A DNA stretch of 64,000 nt, from assembly GCA_017451735.1 (NCBI GenBank), contig JAFTNU010000001.1, positions 11,156 to 75,155 on the forward strand, given 5' to 3'. Origin of the DNA: Clostridia bacterium (GTDB lineage: Bacteria > Bacillota > Clostridia > Oscillospirales > CAG-272). This document shows positions 35,173 to 44,643 of the stretch, one piece after another. The notes beneath the pieces were generated by a model. The model saw only the letters and a program-made list of their open reading frames with translations, did not search any database and was not told where the DNA came from. The position numbers were made by a program, and so were the translations under genes. Position 1 is the first letter of the stretch; every line of letters begins with the position of its first letter.

Positions 35173-36645
35173 TCAGTTTCTCCTAAAGAAAATGCTGATA
35201 CTTTCCGAGGGCTTGCAGTAGACCACTTTGTCGATCATGGTGCGGATCGCTTCGTTTTTTGCTTTGTCGGTGACATCATTCCGCTTCAAGAAGGCTATCA
35301 GCGCCAGGACCTCTTTTGCCAATGCTTCGACGTCGACCGTCGAGGGCGCTTGCTGTTTATCCCGCATAGCGGTCAGCTTCTTGATCCGTGCTGTGATCTC
35401 CGCTTTGTTCTTGCCGTACTGCTCAATGGTATCTATCTCGGAAAGGTACGCATCCTTGGCTCTTTCCAGTCGTCGCTGTTCCAGAGCGATCAGCTTTTCA
35501 AAATCGGGGGTATCGACCTCTGATTTTTTTGCTTTGGCAGGCGAAATAGCAAATTGTTTGTTGCCCGCTGCTTCCTCCAGTCCTCGGATAAACGCCGCCT
35601 CGATCTTGGGCAACGTCACCGAGTGTGACGTGTGGCAGGATCCCCGGGCATAGTTGCAGCATTGCAGACAGCGCACATGGCTTTTGCCGCTTCTGCCGTT
35701 TATGGCAAGCGTGGCCCCGCAGGAGCTGCACTGTACTAGCCCCTTGAGCATATAGTCAATCGTTTGCTCCTTACGCGCGTGAGGGGCATATTTCTTTTTC
35801 TGTTCTTCCAATTTGTGTTGCACCTTCTCCCATAGCTCTGTGGAGATCAGCGGCTCGTGATGGCCGTCGACCGTTAGAATATTTTCGTTTTCATAGTCCC
35901 GCTTGCTGACGGCTCGCGCTCCTTCCATGCTCCAACGGATCTTGCCGATGTAGCAAGGATTGTGCAGGATATACTCGATCCACCGGTTGTCGGGTGGGTT
36001 TCCTTGTCGTGTGCGCACGCCTCGCTCGCCCAGATTGACGGCGATCTCGCGCTGACCCTCGCCGTTGGCGTATCGGGCGAAGATCTCGCATACAACGGCC
36101 GCAGCTCCGCTTTCGGTGTCGGGAAGGTATTTTTTCTTTTCCATGATATAGCCGAAGGGCGGGGCACAGGTCGGCTCGCCTCTGGAGGCCTTTTCGGTCA
36201 TGCCGCGGACCACTTCCGCGCCGAGGTTGATCAGGTAGAATTCGTCCATCCATTCGATGATTCGTTCCACCAGGGTGCCGAAGTGGCCCTCTGGGATCGG
36301 CTCGGAGACCGAGACGACGGAAACGCTTTTTTTGCGGAGTAGGTTTTTGTAGACCATGCTCTCCTCCTGGTTACGGGCAAAGCGCGAAAATTTCCACACG
36401 TAGATTACGTCAAAAGGGTGCGATTTGTCTTTGGCGATCGCGATCATGCGGTTAAATTCGTCGCGCTTCTTGGTGCTCTTGGCCGAGATGCCGTCGTCGT
36501 AAAAGACGTATTCGTCGGGGACGAGGTAGCCTTCCTTGGCAGCATGTTCGCGGATCTTCTTCAGCTGACTGTCGGGGCTGTATTCGTCCTGCCGTTCATC
36601 CGAAACGCGGATGTAGGCTGCGGCGATCTTCAACAGTTCTGCCAT
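35173..36645 (-). CDS. Large serine recombinase (element B)
   Basis: ATG at 36645 follows GGAGGAG. AAAYIRVSDERQ catalytic-Ser context. Zn-ribbon CSSCGATL..CLQCCNYARGSC and coiled-coil tail. Only distantly related to the element A enzyme. Confidence 0.9.
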   Translation of the reverse strand: MAELLKIAAAYIRVSDERQDEYSPDSQLKKIREHAAKEGYLVPDEYVFYDDGISAKSTKKRDEFNRMIAIAKDKSHPFDVIYVWKFSRFARNQEESMVYKNLLRKKSVSVVSVSEPIPEGHFGTLVERIIEWMDEFYLINLGAEVVRGMTEKASRGEPTCAPPFGYIMEKKKYLPDTESGAAAVVCEIFARYANGEGQREIAVNLGERGVRTRQGNPPDNRWIEYILHNPCYIGKIRWSMEGARAVSKRDYENENILTVDGHHEPLISTELWEKVQHKLEEQKKKYAPHARKEQTIDYMLKGLVQCSSCGATLAINGRSGKSHVRCLQCCNYARGSCHTSHSVTLPKIEAAFIRGLEEAAGNKQFAISPAKAKKSEVDTPDFEKLIALEQRRLERAKDAYLSEIDTIEQYGKNKAEITARIKKLTAMRDKQQAPSTVDVEALAKEVLALIAFLKRNDVTDKAKNEAIRTMIDKVVYCKPSESISIFFRRN

Positions 36646-36753
36646 AGGGCTCCTCCTTTTTTGGAATAAATAAAAATAGAGCGAAGTCACGCAGACTCCG
36701 CTCCGCAAAAAGAATGTGCAAAAGCACTCTTTTTTCTATGTGCGGTTATTATA

Positions 36754-37761
36754 TCACACCTCAAAGAATTTGTCAACAGTTTTTTTGAAAAAATCAAAAG
36801 AGGTAGATATTACCGGATTGTTTGCATAGTAGTCTGCGTGATAACACATCCGGTCAGTCAGTTGTTTTAATGCGGCCCCTCGGTGTTTGCGTACGCCGGT
36901 GCTCGACACAATTTTTTGGTGTACAAAAAGCAGTGTAACGAAGTCTTGAACGGCGGCACTACTCATAAGTCTGTCTCGTTGGCTTTTAGAAACAAGTTTG
37001 CTAAGCTCGCGGTTTAATTCGTAGTCTGTTGGGTGTTTAGATGTATTTCTCTGTAATTGATTTAAGATACAATTGCTATGTGCTGCGGCGTTTCTAATGG
37101 TTTTGATTGAGCGTAGTAAATAATAATCGTTTTCAAACATTTTGGTGAATGCTTTATCTTCAAAATAGCTCAGACAAAAACGAAGAAAATGGATAAGAGA
37201 GCCGAAAGTAATAACTTCCAAAAAGGCCCAGATTGGAAAATTGTTTTGATATTTCTGTACGATGCCGCTGCAATAGCTGTTTTGTTGATTTCTTGCAATT
37301 TCGCTTTTGAGAGAAGAGTATGCTGTGTTTTTCCCAAGCTCTTCTTGCTCTTGCAAAAAATTCATGTATTCTGAAATAACAGAATAACCGTCTTCGTTGC
37401 TTTCGGAGACATATCGCAATAGCTTCACTTTTTCGGAATGTTCTATATCTAAAGCTAACGGCAAAATATTATAGCGCATTTCCATATCAATAATTGCGAC
37501 ATCACGAAGCATTGCAAAATCTAAATCAATATATTTTCCGGCGTTGTCGCCATTCTCTATTTTTTCAAAGCCGGTGCGATAAGCACGAAGCTTAAAATAG
37601 TTGTTGTTTTCTCTTAGGTAGCCGAGGGCTTCTTCCTCGGAGCATTTTTCAAATTTTACGCCCTTGCTTTTCAAGTGTTCTATTTGTTGTTCGGCGGTTA
37701 ATTTGGGACGTTCATGTGCTGTTGTAAGATCTGCTGTTGGTTCTATTAACTGGCTATTCAT
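36754..37761 (-). CDS. Abi_2 (AbiD/AbiF-like) abortive-infection family protein
   Basis: LRSIKTIRNAAAHSNCILN matches the RNxxAH motif of Abi_2. AT-rich relative to the neighbouring genes. Confidence 0.65.
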   Translation of the reverse strand: MNSQLIEPTADLTTAHERPKLTAEQQIEHLKSKGVKFEKCSEEEALGYLRENNNYFKLRAYRTGFEKIENGDNAGKYIDLDFAMLRDVAIIDMEMRYNILPLALDIEHSEKVKLLRYVSESNEDGYSVISEYMNFLQEQEELGKNTAYSSLKSEIARNQQNSYCSGIVQKYQNNFPIWAFLEVITFGSLIHFLRFCLSYFEDKAFTKMFENDYYLLRSIKTIRNAAAHSNCILNQLQRNTSKHPTDYELNRELSKLVSKSQRDRLMSSAAVQDFVTLLFVHQKIVSSTGVRKHRGAALKQLTDRMCYHADYYANNPVISTSFDFFKKTVDKFFEV

Positions 37762-37816
37762 TTTTTACCTCGTCATAGTTATCGTCAGGATCGGCTACGG
37801 CTGTCGCCTGTTTTTT

Positions 37817-38464
37817 TTATATTACGCCGAATTGACCCGCTACGACCTTGCCGAGAATGCAAATCTCGTCCAGTTTGGATCCCTCAAAGCGCATGGGCTT
37901 GTGTGTGGGGTTCTCCGGCATCAGGGTCATGACGTTGTTGTCCCTATCATAATATACGCGCTTGACGGTGGCCTCGTTGTCCACCAGGACTACGGCGATC
38001 TCGCCGTCGGCGACTATTTCCGTCTTTTTAACAAAAAGGATATCACCATCGAAGATCCTGGCGTTGATCATGGAGTCACCTTTGGCGATCAGGGTAAAGT
38101 CAGCATCTACGGAGGCATCGGTCATCACGTAGGCGTCGTGCTCCTCCTCGGCCCAGATGGGTTCACCGCAAGCCACATTGCCCAGCATGGGGAGCCGCTT
38201 GCGCATAATGGGGCGAATCTCTGGAATGATCGATATATCCATTTCGTCCACGGCGTCCATCAGTTCATTAAGGGATATACCTATTGCGGTAGCGATTTTT
38301 TTCATTGTAGAAACGGATGGGACTATTGGCTCGTTTGTTTTTGGATTTTTTCCCTCTTCCAGCATTGAGATATATCCGTTTGAAACTCCGCACGAAGTTG
38401 CGAATTGTCTTTGTGACATGTTCTGTTTTTCTCGAAATGCTTTTATCAATTTTCCAATTTCCAT
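37817..38464 (-). CDS. CI/LexA-like repressor (XRE HTH plus S24 peptidase)
   Basis: ATG at 38464 follows GGAGG. HTH NMSQRQFATSCGVSNGYISMLEEG. S24 motifs GDSMINARIFDGDILFVKK and ATVKRV. Confidence 0.85.
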   Translation of the reverse strand: MEIGKLIKAFREKQNMSQRQFATSCGVSNGYISMLEEGKNPKTNEPIVPSVSTMKKIATAIGISLNELMDAVDEMDISIIPEIRPIMRKRLPMLGNVACGEPIWAEEEHDAYVMTDASVDADFTLIAKGDSMINARIFDGDILFVKKTEIVADGEIAVVLVDNEATVKRVYYDRDNNVMTLMPENPTHKPMRFEGSKLDEICILGKVVAGQFGVI

Positions 38465-38491
38465 ATATAACCTCCTGGGCTTGTTTAATTC

Positions 38492-38520
38492 ATTATACAA
38501 TGAAGGAGGCCGAATGTCAA
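38492..38520 (-). promoter_or_regulatory. Consensus promoter of the repressor gene
   Basis: Minus strand reads TTGACA, 17-nt spacer, TATAAT. Followed by AATTAAACAA (38481-38490, minus). Confidence 0.65.
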
Positions 38521-38561
38521 CAGGAATGTCAAAAAAATTAAACAAATTTTGTTCAACCCAC

Positions 38562-38590
38562 TTGACAGCACCGCCTTGTTGTTGTATAAT
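38562..38590 (+). promoter_or_regulatory. Consensus early (Cro-side) promoter
   Basis: TTGACA, 17-nt spacer, TATAAT. Followed by AATTAAACAA (38601-38610). Confidence 0.65.
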
Positions 38591-38632
38591 GTGTTTAGCC
38601 AATTAAACAAAGCGGCCTGAAAGGAGATTATT

Positions 38633-38833
38633 ATGGGCTATAAAATTAAGGAAAAACGTGATGAAAAGAAAATGACACAAGAGCAACTTGCTCAAAAAAG
38701 CGGTGTTTGTCGTGCAACTATTGCAGCTCTGGAGAGTGGCACAGATAGGACAACTACGACAAAAACGCTTTTGAAAATTGCAAAAGCACTCGATACGACT
38801 GTAGATGTTCTTTTTTTTAGCGATAGTGTTTAA
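38633..38833 (+). CDS. Cro-like XRE-family HTH protein
   Basis: 66 aa, RBS AAAGGAG. HTH MTQEQLAQKSGVCRATIAALESG. Divergent from the repressor gene. Confidence 0.8.
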   Translation: MGYKIKEKRDEKKMTQEQLAQKSGVCRATIAALESGTDRTTTTKTLLKIAKALDTTVDVLFFSDSV

Positions 38834-38990
38834 TACGTTAAACAAAAAGGAGAAAACCCAATGACAGAAAAAGAAAAGAGCCCCGAGCAAGAGCTCATCG
38901 GTTTGTGATTCGCTTTTTAACCCCCAAAATTTATAATTCATATTTTGAGAAAGGAAAGGCGCTCGGGCAATGAGCGGAACGGAGGTAGTG

Positions 38991-39167
38991 ATGGCAAGAA
39001 AAGAGATCACAGTCAAGCTCTATTATGGCGGCCAAGAGGTCGAGCGGCTGACCGAAGAGCAGTGCGACCGCATGATGCAGCGGCTTTCGGAGGCCATGAG
39101 CAATTACTACACGGCTCACCCGGAAGAGTTTGAGATCTTAAAGAAAAACAGCAATGCAAATACATAA
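38991..39167 (+). CDS. Hypothetical small protein
   Basis: GGAGGT RBS. MARKEITVKLYYGG.. No family recognised. Confidence 0.45.
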   Translation: MARKEITVKLYYGGQEVERLTEEQCDRMMQRLSEAMSNYYTAHPEEFEILKKNSNANT

Positions 39168-39170
39168 GTC

Positions 39171-39194
39171 AAAAACGTCAACGTTGCTGTTTTT
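39171..39194 (+). terminator. Element B hairpin repeat, copy 1 (degenerate)
   Basis: AAAAACGTCAACGTTGCTGTTTTT, directly followed by GAAGGAG. Confidence 0.4.
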
Positions 39195-39233
39195 GAAGGA
39201 GATAAAAATGAAAAGAATTGAGGAGGTGATAAT

Positions 39234-39353
39234 ATGGCAAAAGAAGTAGCAAACTGGGGCTTTCATGAGGAAAATGAGATCATGAAGGGCTATTGCCAAA
39301 AGGCTTTTGATGATTTGTCTCGATACGGTGATGTTGAAATTTCAGAGGAGTAA
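39234..39353 (+). CDS. Hypothetical small protein (39 aa)
   Basis: GAGGAGGTG RBS. MAKEVANWGFHEENEIMKGYCQKAF.. Below the ORF-track cutoff. Confidence 0.35.
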   Translation: MAKEVANWGFHEENEIMKGYCQKAFDDLSRYGDVEISEE

Positions 39354-39436
39354 CGAGATGCATTTTTTCGGGCGTTGGGCTGGGCCATTGATGAGTTTAC
39401 CGCTTCGGAAGCGCTTGAATATTATTACAATGGTTG

Positions 39437-39460
39437 AAAAACCGCAACGTTGCGGTTTTT
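39437..39460 (+). terminator. Element B hairpin repeat, copy 2 (perfect palindrome)
   Basis: AAAAACCGCAAC/GTTGCGGTTTTT followed by GAAGGAGG and an ATG. Confidence 0.5.
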
Positions 39461-39473
39461 GAAGGAGGTACAT

Positions 39474-39617
39474 ATGACGGTTGAACAAATGCGCGCTGAG
39501 CTGAGCAAAGTCTATACCGGTGAAGGTTGGCGTAAGAAGGTCGCCCACATGCATGACAATCAGATCATTGCTATCTACCGAAAGTTTTTAGAAGAAAATC
39601 GTTTGAAAGGAAGATGA
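39474..39617 (+). CDS. Hypothetical small protein (47 aa)
   Basis: GAAGGAGG RBS. MTVEQMRAELSKVYTGEGWRKKVAHMHDNQIIAIYRKF.. Confidence 0.4.
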   Translation: MTVEQMRAELSKVYTGEGWRKKVAHMHDNQIIAIYRKFLEENRLKGR

Positions 39618-39621
39618 AAGT

Positions 39622-39990
39622 ATGACACAGATACAAACGGACGCGATCCGGAAGCTGACCGAGGCGAAGCACGACGGGCTCACGGATATGCAGAAATATC
39701 TTGCCACCCACGTGGCAAAGACGTGCGCTCAGTTCTGCGAGCAGAGCGAGGAGTTCGCTGCCGCCGTGATGGCACAGGACAAGTCCCTGGTCGGATGCAT
39801 GAAGGCAATGACGCTCCCCGGGCGAGGGCTCGGATATCTTTCGGATTTTGAGGTATACCGTATGGCGGCGCGGTATTTCTTTCCCGAATCGGACGTAGAG
39901 TGGTCCATGAAGATTTCCATGCCGGCGAAAAACCAGACGTCTGCGAAGATCCTGGAACTGAAATTCGAGGATCTGCTGAATTTTCTGTGA
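39622..39990 (+). CDS. Hypothetical protein
   Basis: 122-aa ORF packed in the same operon. No motif recognised. Confidence 0.55.
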   Translation: MTQIQTDAIRKLTEAKHDGLTDMQKYLATHVAKTCAQFCEQSEEFAAAVMAQDKSLVGCMKAMTLPGRGLGYLSDFEVYRMAARYFFPESDVEWSMKISMPAKNQTSAKILELKFEDLLNFL

Positions 39991-39998
39991 GGTGCGCC

Positions 39999-40538
39999 AT
40001 GAGACTTGCATATAAGGCTTTCGAGCCGGGATTTGTGTGTCGTGGCGCTGCCTTCAAGCCCATCGGCGAGAAGAATGTGACCTCCGAGGCCAACTGCGTG
40101 AAAAACGGCTGGCACTGTGCCGAGGATCCCGCCGATTGTTTGCGGTATTATCCGAACCTGCGGGGCTCGGTTTACTGCATCGTAGGCGTAGAGGGAGACA
40201 CCGACGAGGACGCGGTGGACAGCAAGATCTCCTGCACCGAGCTGACGATCCTGCGGGTGCTGGAGCCAAAGGATTACTTTCTGCACATTTTGCTCTATAT
40301 GGCAAAGCACCCGGAGCGGGAGTGCTTTGTGGCAAAGCAAGGGCGCGGAGAGGCGTGGAACGGCTATGTGGTAGTGAGAGGACGGCACCCTTACGCCAAG
40401 GGAAAAGAGGGCGATTTGTTGGCGATGGCTCGCGAGGAGGACGGCGAGATCGTGCAGATTGCGGTTTACGTGGTAGGCGTGGATGTGCCCGAGGGCGTTT
40501 ATGTTGATATTAACGGACAGGAGGAAATCAAAGAATGA
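39999..40538 (+). CDS. Hypothetical protein (conserved phage-associated KAF..CRG..F..G..C..G.H domain)
   Basis: MRLAYKAFEPGFVCRGAAFKPIGEKNVTSEANCVKNGWHCAEDPADCLRYY resembles a domain seen in many phage proteins. No firm family name. Confidence 0.5.
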   Translation: MRLAYKAFEPGFVCRGAAFKPIGEKNVTSEANCVKNGWHCAEDPADCLRYYPNLRGSVYCIVGVEGDTDEDAVDSKISCTELTILRVLEPKDYFLHILLYMAKHPERECFVAKQGRGEAWNGYVVVRGRHPYAKGKEGDLLAMAREEDGEIVQIAVYVVGVDVPEGVYVDINGQEEIKE

Positions 40539-42403
40539 ATGATACAGTAAAGGACGAATTTGCGGGAATGCCCGAGATTCCGCAGTACATATACGACAAG
40601 ATCGACGAGGGCTTTCGCAAGTATCTGTTTTTTGAAACGATCAAGAAGGGGCACCGACGGTACACCTGCACCGCTTGCCATAAGACCTTTGAGGAGGGCG
40701 AACTGGTGCTGAGAGACGTGATGAGCGCTGAGGATTTTGCTTTGTTCCGCGCTAAACACAACGACTATGCGGAATGCCCCTTGTGCGGTGCGCGGGCGAT
40801 GGTCAAAAACGTGAAGGTGAGCGACGTGAGTGGGTTTTGGGAGAGCAATTGTGTGGCGGTGTTTATGGCAAACAGTCACGACGATGTGTGGATCCGCGCC
40901 ATCTATGCTGACCGCGGCTACTGCTACAAGAACGCGACCGGCGAGATCGTGAACTATCTGCACGGCAAAACAAAGCACTGGGAAAGTGCCCGTTACCATC
41001 TAACGCCCGGGCATTACGACCATTGGAAAGCGTGGTCGAGTGACCGCCCTTTGGTGTATGAGACGCACGCCACCGAGCCCTTTACCTGGAACCACGGGCT
41101 GTATGCCGAGAAATACGACTATCACATCGCCTATGTACAGGATCTGAAGGACACTTTCCTCTGCTATCACGGCATGAGCAATTTCTATATGGCCAATCAC
41201 CCGATCCGTTATCTTTGCCATTACGCAGAGCACCCTCAGTTGGAGATGCTGTCGCGTATGAAGCATGATTTTCTTGTTTATGAGGTGGTGATGGAGAACC
41301 GTGACAATACCTCACTGCTTGATTGGAGTGCGAAAAAACCGTGGGATCTGTACCGTCTGCCCAAACAGGAGTACAACGAATGGGCGAAGTATCGCTATGA
41401 TCTGGACGTGTACAAGATCTTCAAGAGGATCAAGGGCAAGGGACGACGTGATTGGGAGAGGGCCAAGGAGCTGGATGACAATTTCTATCGGTTGAAAGGT
41501 GTTTATGCCTTTATTGCCAAGGCGCGGCGCTTGAAGGTGGAGGTGCGCGAGCTGATGAATTACATTAACCGTGTGCAGCAGAACAGCGGCGGTGGGTGTT
41601 GGCATTGTCCCGGTATTACCTTGCAAGAGGCCTACACCCTGTGGGGTGACTACATAGCTTTGGCAGAAAAGGCGGGAATGGTGGGTACCGTGTCGCCAAT
41701 GCCAAAGGACTTGAAGGTCGAGCATGACCGCCTGTTGAATGTGTTGAAGGCTATCGAGGAGCGTAAGCAGCGGCGCAAGTGGGCAGAGGCTCGCAAGGCG
41801 CGTATGACTGCGGCGCAGAAGGAAGGTAAGGCACTGGAGCGCAAATACGGAGGCGTGCGTGCTTTTTACAAAACGGTGCAGAAATACGCCTACAAGGGCA
41901 AGAAATATGCCGTGGTGGTGCCCACGTGCATCGGCGACATTTTGTATGAGGCCAAGGATCTGAATCATTGCATTGCCCGCGCTCCGGAGCGCTACTTTGA
42001 CCGCATTCGTTCCGGCGAGAGCTTTCTGCTCTTTGTACGCAAGGCCAAAAAGCCAAACGTCCCGTATTATACCATCGAGGTGGAGCCGGGCGGCGCGGTG
42101 CGGCAAAAGCGCACTTACAACGACACACAGGATCACAATATCGGGGAGATCACCGCTTTTTTGGCCGAGTGGCAGGCGGCGATACAGGACAAGCTCACCG
42201 AAAAGGACAAGCAGGCGGCGGCAGCGAGCCGCGAAAAGCGCATCGAGGGCTTGGCCGAACTCCGGCAGAACAAAACCGTCGTGCGCAACGGTCACCTGCA
42301 GGGCAAGCTCCTTGCCGACGTGCTGGAGGCGGATCTTTTGGAGGTTGGATTTGCACCCGAAACGAAAAAGAAGGCCGAGAGGGCCAAAAGAAAGGTTGGT
42401 TAA
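40535..42403 (+). CDS. PcfJ-like protein
   Basis: 622 aa. C-terminal DLNHCIARAPERYFDRIRSGESFLLFVRK..PYYTIEV recalled as the PcfJ-like domain. ATGA overlap with the upstream gene. Confidence 0.5.
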   Translation: MNDTVKDEFAGMPEIPQYIYDKIDEGFRKYLFFETIKKGHRRYTCTACHKTFEEGELVLRDVMSAEDFALFRAKHNDYAECPLCGARAMVKNVKVSDVSGFWESNCVAVFMANSHDDVWIRAIYADRGYCYKNATGEIVNYLHGKTKHWESARYHLTPGHYDHWKAWSSDRPLVYETHATEPFTWNHGLYAEKYDYHIAYVQDLKDTFLCYHGMSNFYMANHPIRYLCHYAEHPQLEMLSRMKHDFLVYEVVMENRDNTSLLDWSAKKPWDLYRLPKQEYNEWAKYRYDLDVYKIFKRIKGKGRRDWERAKELDDNFYRLKGVYAFIAKARRLKVEVRELMNYINRVQQNSGGGCWHCPGITLQEAYTLWGDYIALAEKAGMVGTVSPMPKDLKVEHDRLLNVLKAIEERKQRRKWAEARKARMTAAQKEGKALERKYGGVRAFYKTVQKYAYKGKKYAVVVPTCIGDILYEAKDLNHCIARAPERYFDRIRSGESFLLFVRKAKKPNVPYYTIEVEPGGAVRQKRTYNDTQDHNIGEITAFLAEWQAAIQDKLTEKDKQAAAASREKRIEGLAELRQNKTVVRNGHLQGKLLADVLEADLLEVGFAPETKKKAERAKRKVG

Positions 42404-42406
42404 GAT

Positions 42407-43603
42407 ATGGCAAAGAAAGTTATCAACGACAGATGCCCGTTGGCGGATGAGTGTGAGCGCAAGACGTGCGTTTATAAAGGCCACGAGTTGGATTGCATTT
42501 ACTACGACACGAACGGTGAGGCAAGTGGCGGCATATCCGATCAGGAGCAGCGCAGGCGAGAAAGAGAGCGGCGTGCAATGGATGAATTTTACGAGGAACG
42601 TTTCAAGCAAAAAAAGGCCGAGCGTTCCAACGAGGAGAAATTGCCTGCGCCTGCGGCAGAGGTGTTGCCGGTACGCGAGGCAAGCGAGATCGCGCTGGAG
42701 ATCAACATCATCAAGCGCGAGACGTGGGAGATCTGTGCACGTTCGTCAATCAAGATTGGTGAGCTGTTGAATGAGGCAAAAGCCTCGGTCGGTCACGGCA
42801 ATTGGGAAAACTGGCTGCGGGATAATGTGGATTATTCTATTTCCACGGCGCAACGCTTGATGAAGCTGGCAGATACATATGGCGGGCAGTTGATCTCCGG
42901 TGAGGAGGATGCGGTGACTGAGGCGATCGCTTCTATGCTTCCCTCCAAAGCCCTGTTGCTTGCTCAGCTTGAGCCCGAGCAGCGTCGCGAGTATGTAGAA
43001 AATCATGATGTAGAAAGCGAATCTACCCGTGAGATGCGGGAGCAGATCAGGATCCTCAAAGCAGAAAAGGAACAGCTTGTGGCAGATTTGGATGCTGAGA
43101 CGGGCAAAGCCCAAAGTGCCACCGAGCAGTTGGAAGCCGAAAAGGCTGCCCATGCAGAAGCCTTAAAAAAGGCCATTGCGGAAAATGAGGATATAGTCAA
43201 ACGTGCCGATGAGGCAGACAAACTCAAAAAGGAAGTGGAAACACTGAAACAAAAGTTGGAGAAAGCCGAGGCACAGAAAAAGAGCGCCCAGGAAGCCGCC
43301 GAGCAGGCGAAAGTCGAAGTCAAGCCGGATCCTGTTCTGGAAACCGAGATCGAGCGCTTGCGTAAAGAGGTGGCAGAAGCCGAAGGGCGCGCGAACACGA
43401 TCGAGGAGGAGTATCGGCGCAAGCTGGAGCGTGCCGCCAATCCGAATATGCAAGCGTTCCTGTATGCGGTGCAAGCCTGGCAGAGGAGCAGCGCTGAGCT
43501 TCTTCAACACTACGCTACTGTAAAGGCAGATGATGCCGAGGGCGCCGAGAAGTTCGCGACAGCGATCAAACAACAGATCGCGGCTCTGGAACAGAGCCTG
43601 TAA
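42407..43603 (+). CDS. DUF3102-like protein with coiled-coil C-terminus
   Basis: GHGNWENWLRDNVDYSISTAQRLMKLA fits the DUF3102 pattern. Long E/K/A-rich coiled coil. Confidence 0.55.
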   Translation: MAKKVINDRCPLADECERKTCVYKGHELDCIYYDTNGEASGGISDQEQRRRERERRAMDEFYEERFKQKKAERSNEEKLPAPAAEVLPVREASEIALEINIIKRETWEICARSSIKIGELLNEAKASVGHGNWENWLRDNVDYSISTAQRLMKLADTYGGQLISGEEDAVTEAIASMLPSKALLLAQLEPEQRREYVENHDVESESTREMREQIRILKAEKEQLVADLDAETGKAQSATEQLEAEKAAHAEALKKAIAENEDIVKRADEADKLKKEVETLKQKLEKAEAQKKSAQEAAEQAKVEVKPDPVLETEIERLRKEVAEAEGRANTIEEEYRRKLERAANPNMQAFLYAVQAWQRSSAELLQHYATVKADDAEGAEKFATAIKQQIAALEQSL

Positions 43604-43614
43604 GGAGAATTACA

Positions 43615-44466
43615 ATGGCTGGTCGTCCGCTCAAAAGTGGAGTTGATTACTGGTCGTTTGATGTTGGACTGTTTGAAGATAAGAAATTCAAACTGATCCG
43701 CGGGGAGTTTGGCGCTAAAGGCGTGTTGATCGCGCTTTTTGCGCTGAACTCCTGCTATAAGGACAATGGGTATTTCAGAGTTTGGGAGGATGATGACGCG
43801 ATCCTGCTTTCAGAGGAAGTAGGTTGTGGTTGTTCTCCAGGGCTTGTGCAGCAGGTCGTACGGGCGTGTGTCGCGCGTTCGCTTTTTGATAAGCGGGTTT
43901 TCGATACGCACCAAGTGTTGACTTCTGTGGGTATCCAGCGGCGCTACTTGCGAATTGTAGCGAAGAACCGCCTTGCCATACCGCTGATCTCAGAGTATTG
44001 GGTCTTGCCGAAAGACGAGATCCCGCCCGATACTCTTTTAAAGTGTACCTTTAAAAACATCAACGACACGGAAAAATCAATTATCCGCACGGAAAATGAA
44101 GAAGCCCGAACGGAAAATAACACTAATGAAAGTAAACGAAGTAAACAGTTTTCCTCTCCCGCGCGCGAAGGCACGGAGACCTTTGGACGTTTTCAGAACG
44201 TGTTCTTGCTTCCCGAGGAATATCAGACCTTGAAAGAGCAGATCCCCGATACGGATGCTTTCATAGATGCCTTTTCGGAGAAGCTGGAGAGCAAAGGGTA
44301 CGTTTATCAGAATCATTTTGCCACGCTTTTGTTGTGGTATCGTGATGAGCAAAAGGAGAAAATGGGTAGAACCGAAGGAAAGAAGGAGCCCGTAAGTCAA
44401 AGCAGCTTTGACATTGACGATATGTGGGAAGCTGCATTAAAACGGACATATGGCGACATGGAATGA
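43615..44466 (+). CDS. DUF4373 (Lin1244/Lin1753-like) replisome-organizer-type protein
   Basis: MAGRPLKSGVDYWSFDVGLFEDKKFKLIRGEFGAKG matches the DUF4373 N-terminus seen in phage replication modules. Confidence 0.55.
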   Translation: MAGRPLKSGVDYWSFDVGLFEDKKFKLIRGEFGAKGVLIALFALNSCYKDNGYFRVWEDDDAILLSEEVGCGCSPGLVQQVVRACVARSLFDKRVFDTHQVLTSVGIQRRYLRIVAKNRLAIPLISEYWVLPKDEIPPDTLLKCTFKNINDTEKSIIRTENEEARTENNTNESKRSKQFSSPAREGTETFGRFQNVFLLPEEYQTLKEQIPDTDAFIDAFSEKLESKGYVYQNHFATLLLWYRDEQKEKMGRTEGKKEPVSQSSFDIDDMWEAALKRTYGDME

Positions 44467-44478
44467 AAGGAGGCAGTG

Positions 44479-44643
44479 ATGCTATTACATATCGGCGGAT
44501 TTAATATATTTCAAAACGATACGACCTTTGGTGTGTGGATCTATAAAGAGGGCAAGTGCATTGCCACTGCCTCCTGTAACGGCCCGTTGGACGGTAAGAC
44601 CCTTATGGAAATTTTATATCACGTACAAGGAGGGCGGAAATGA
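44479..44643 (+). CDS. Hypothetical small protein (54 aa)
   Basis: AAAGGAGG RBS. Stop overlaps the next start (ATGA). Confidence 0.35.
   Translation: MLLHIGGFNIFQNDTTFGVWIYKEGKCIATASCNGPLDGKTLMEILYHVQGGRK

Noticed and set aside
39208-39249. 13-aa mini-ORF (MKRIEEVIIWQKK) after hairpin copy 1, 15-aa ORF at 38861-38908, and 11-aa ORF at 14477-14512
   Set aside because: Each has an SD-like sequence but is too short to support as a gene from sequence alone. They are noted only as possible leader peptides.
41312-42610. 432-aa minus-strand ORF, and other long alternative-frame ORFs (41973-42770, 40037-40507)
   Set aside because: These are antisense or out-of-frame relative to the PcfJ-like and DUF3102-like genes. 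The plus-strand genes have RBSs and tight coupling, while the alternatives are R/P/A-rich.
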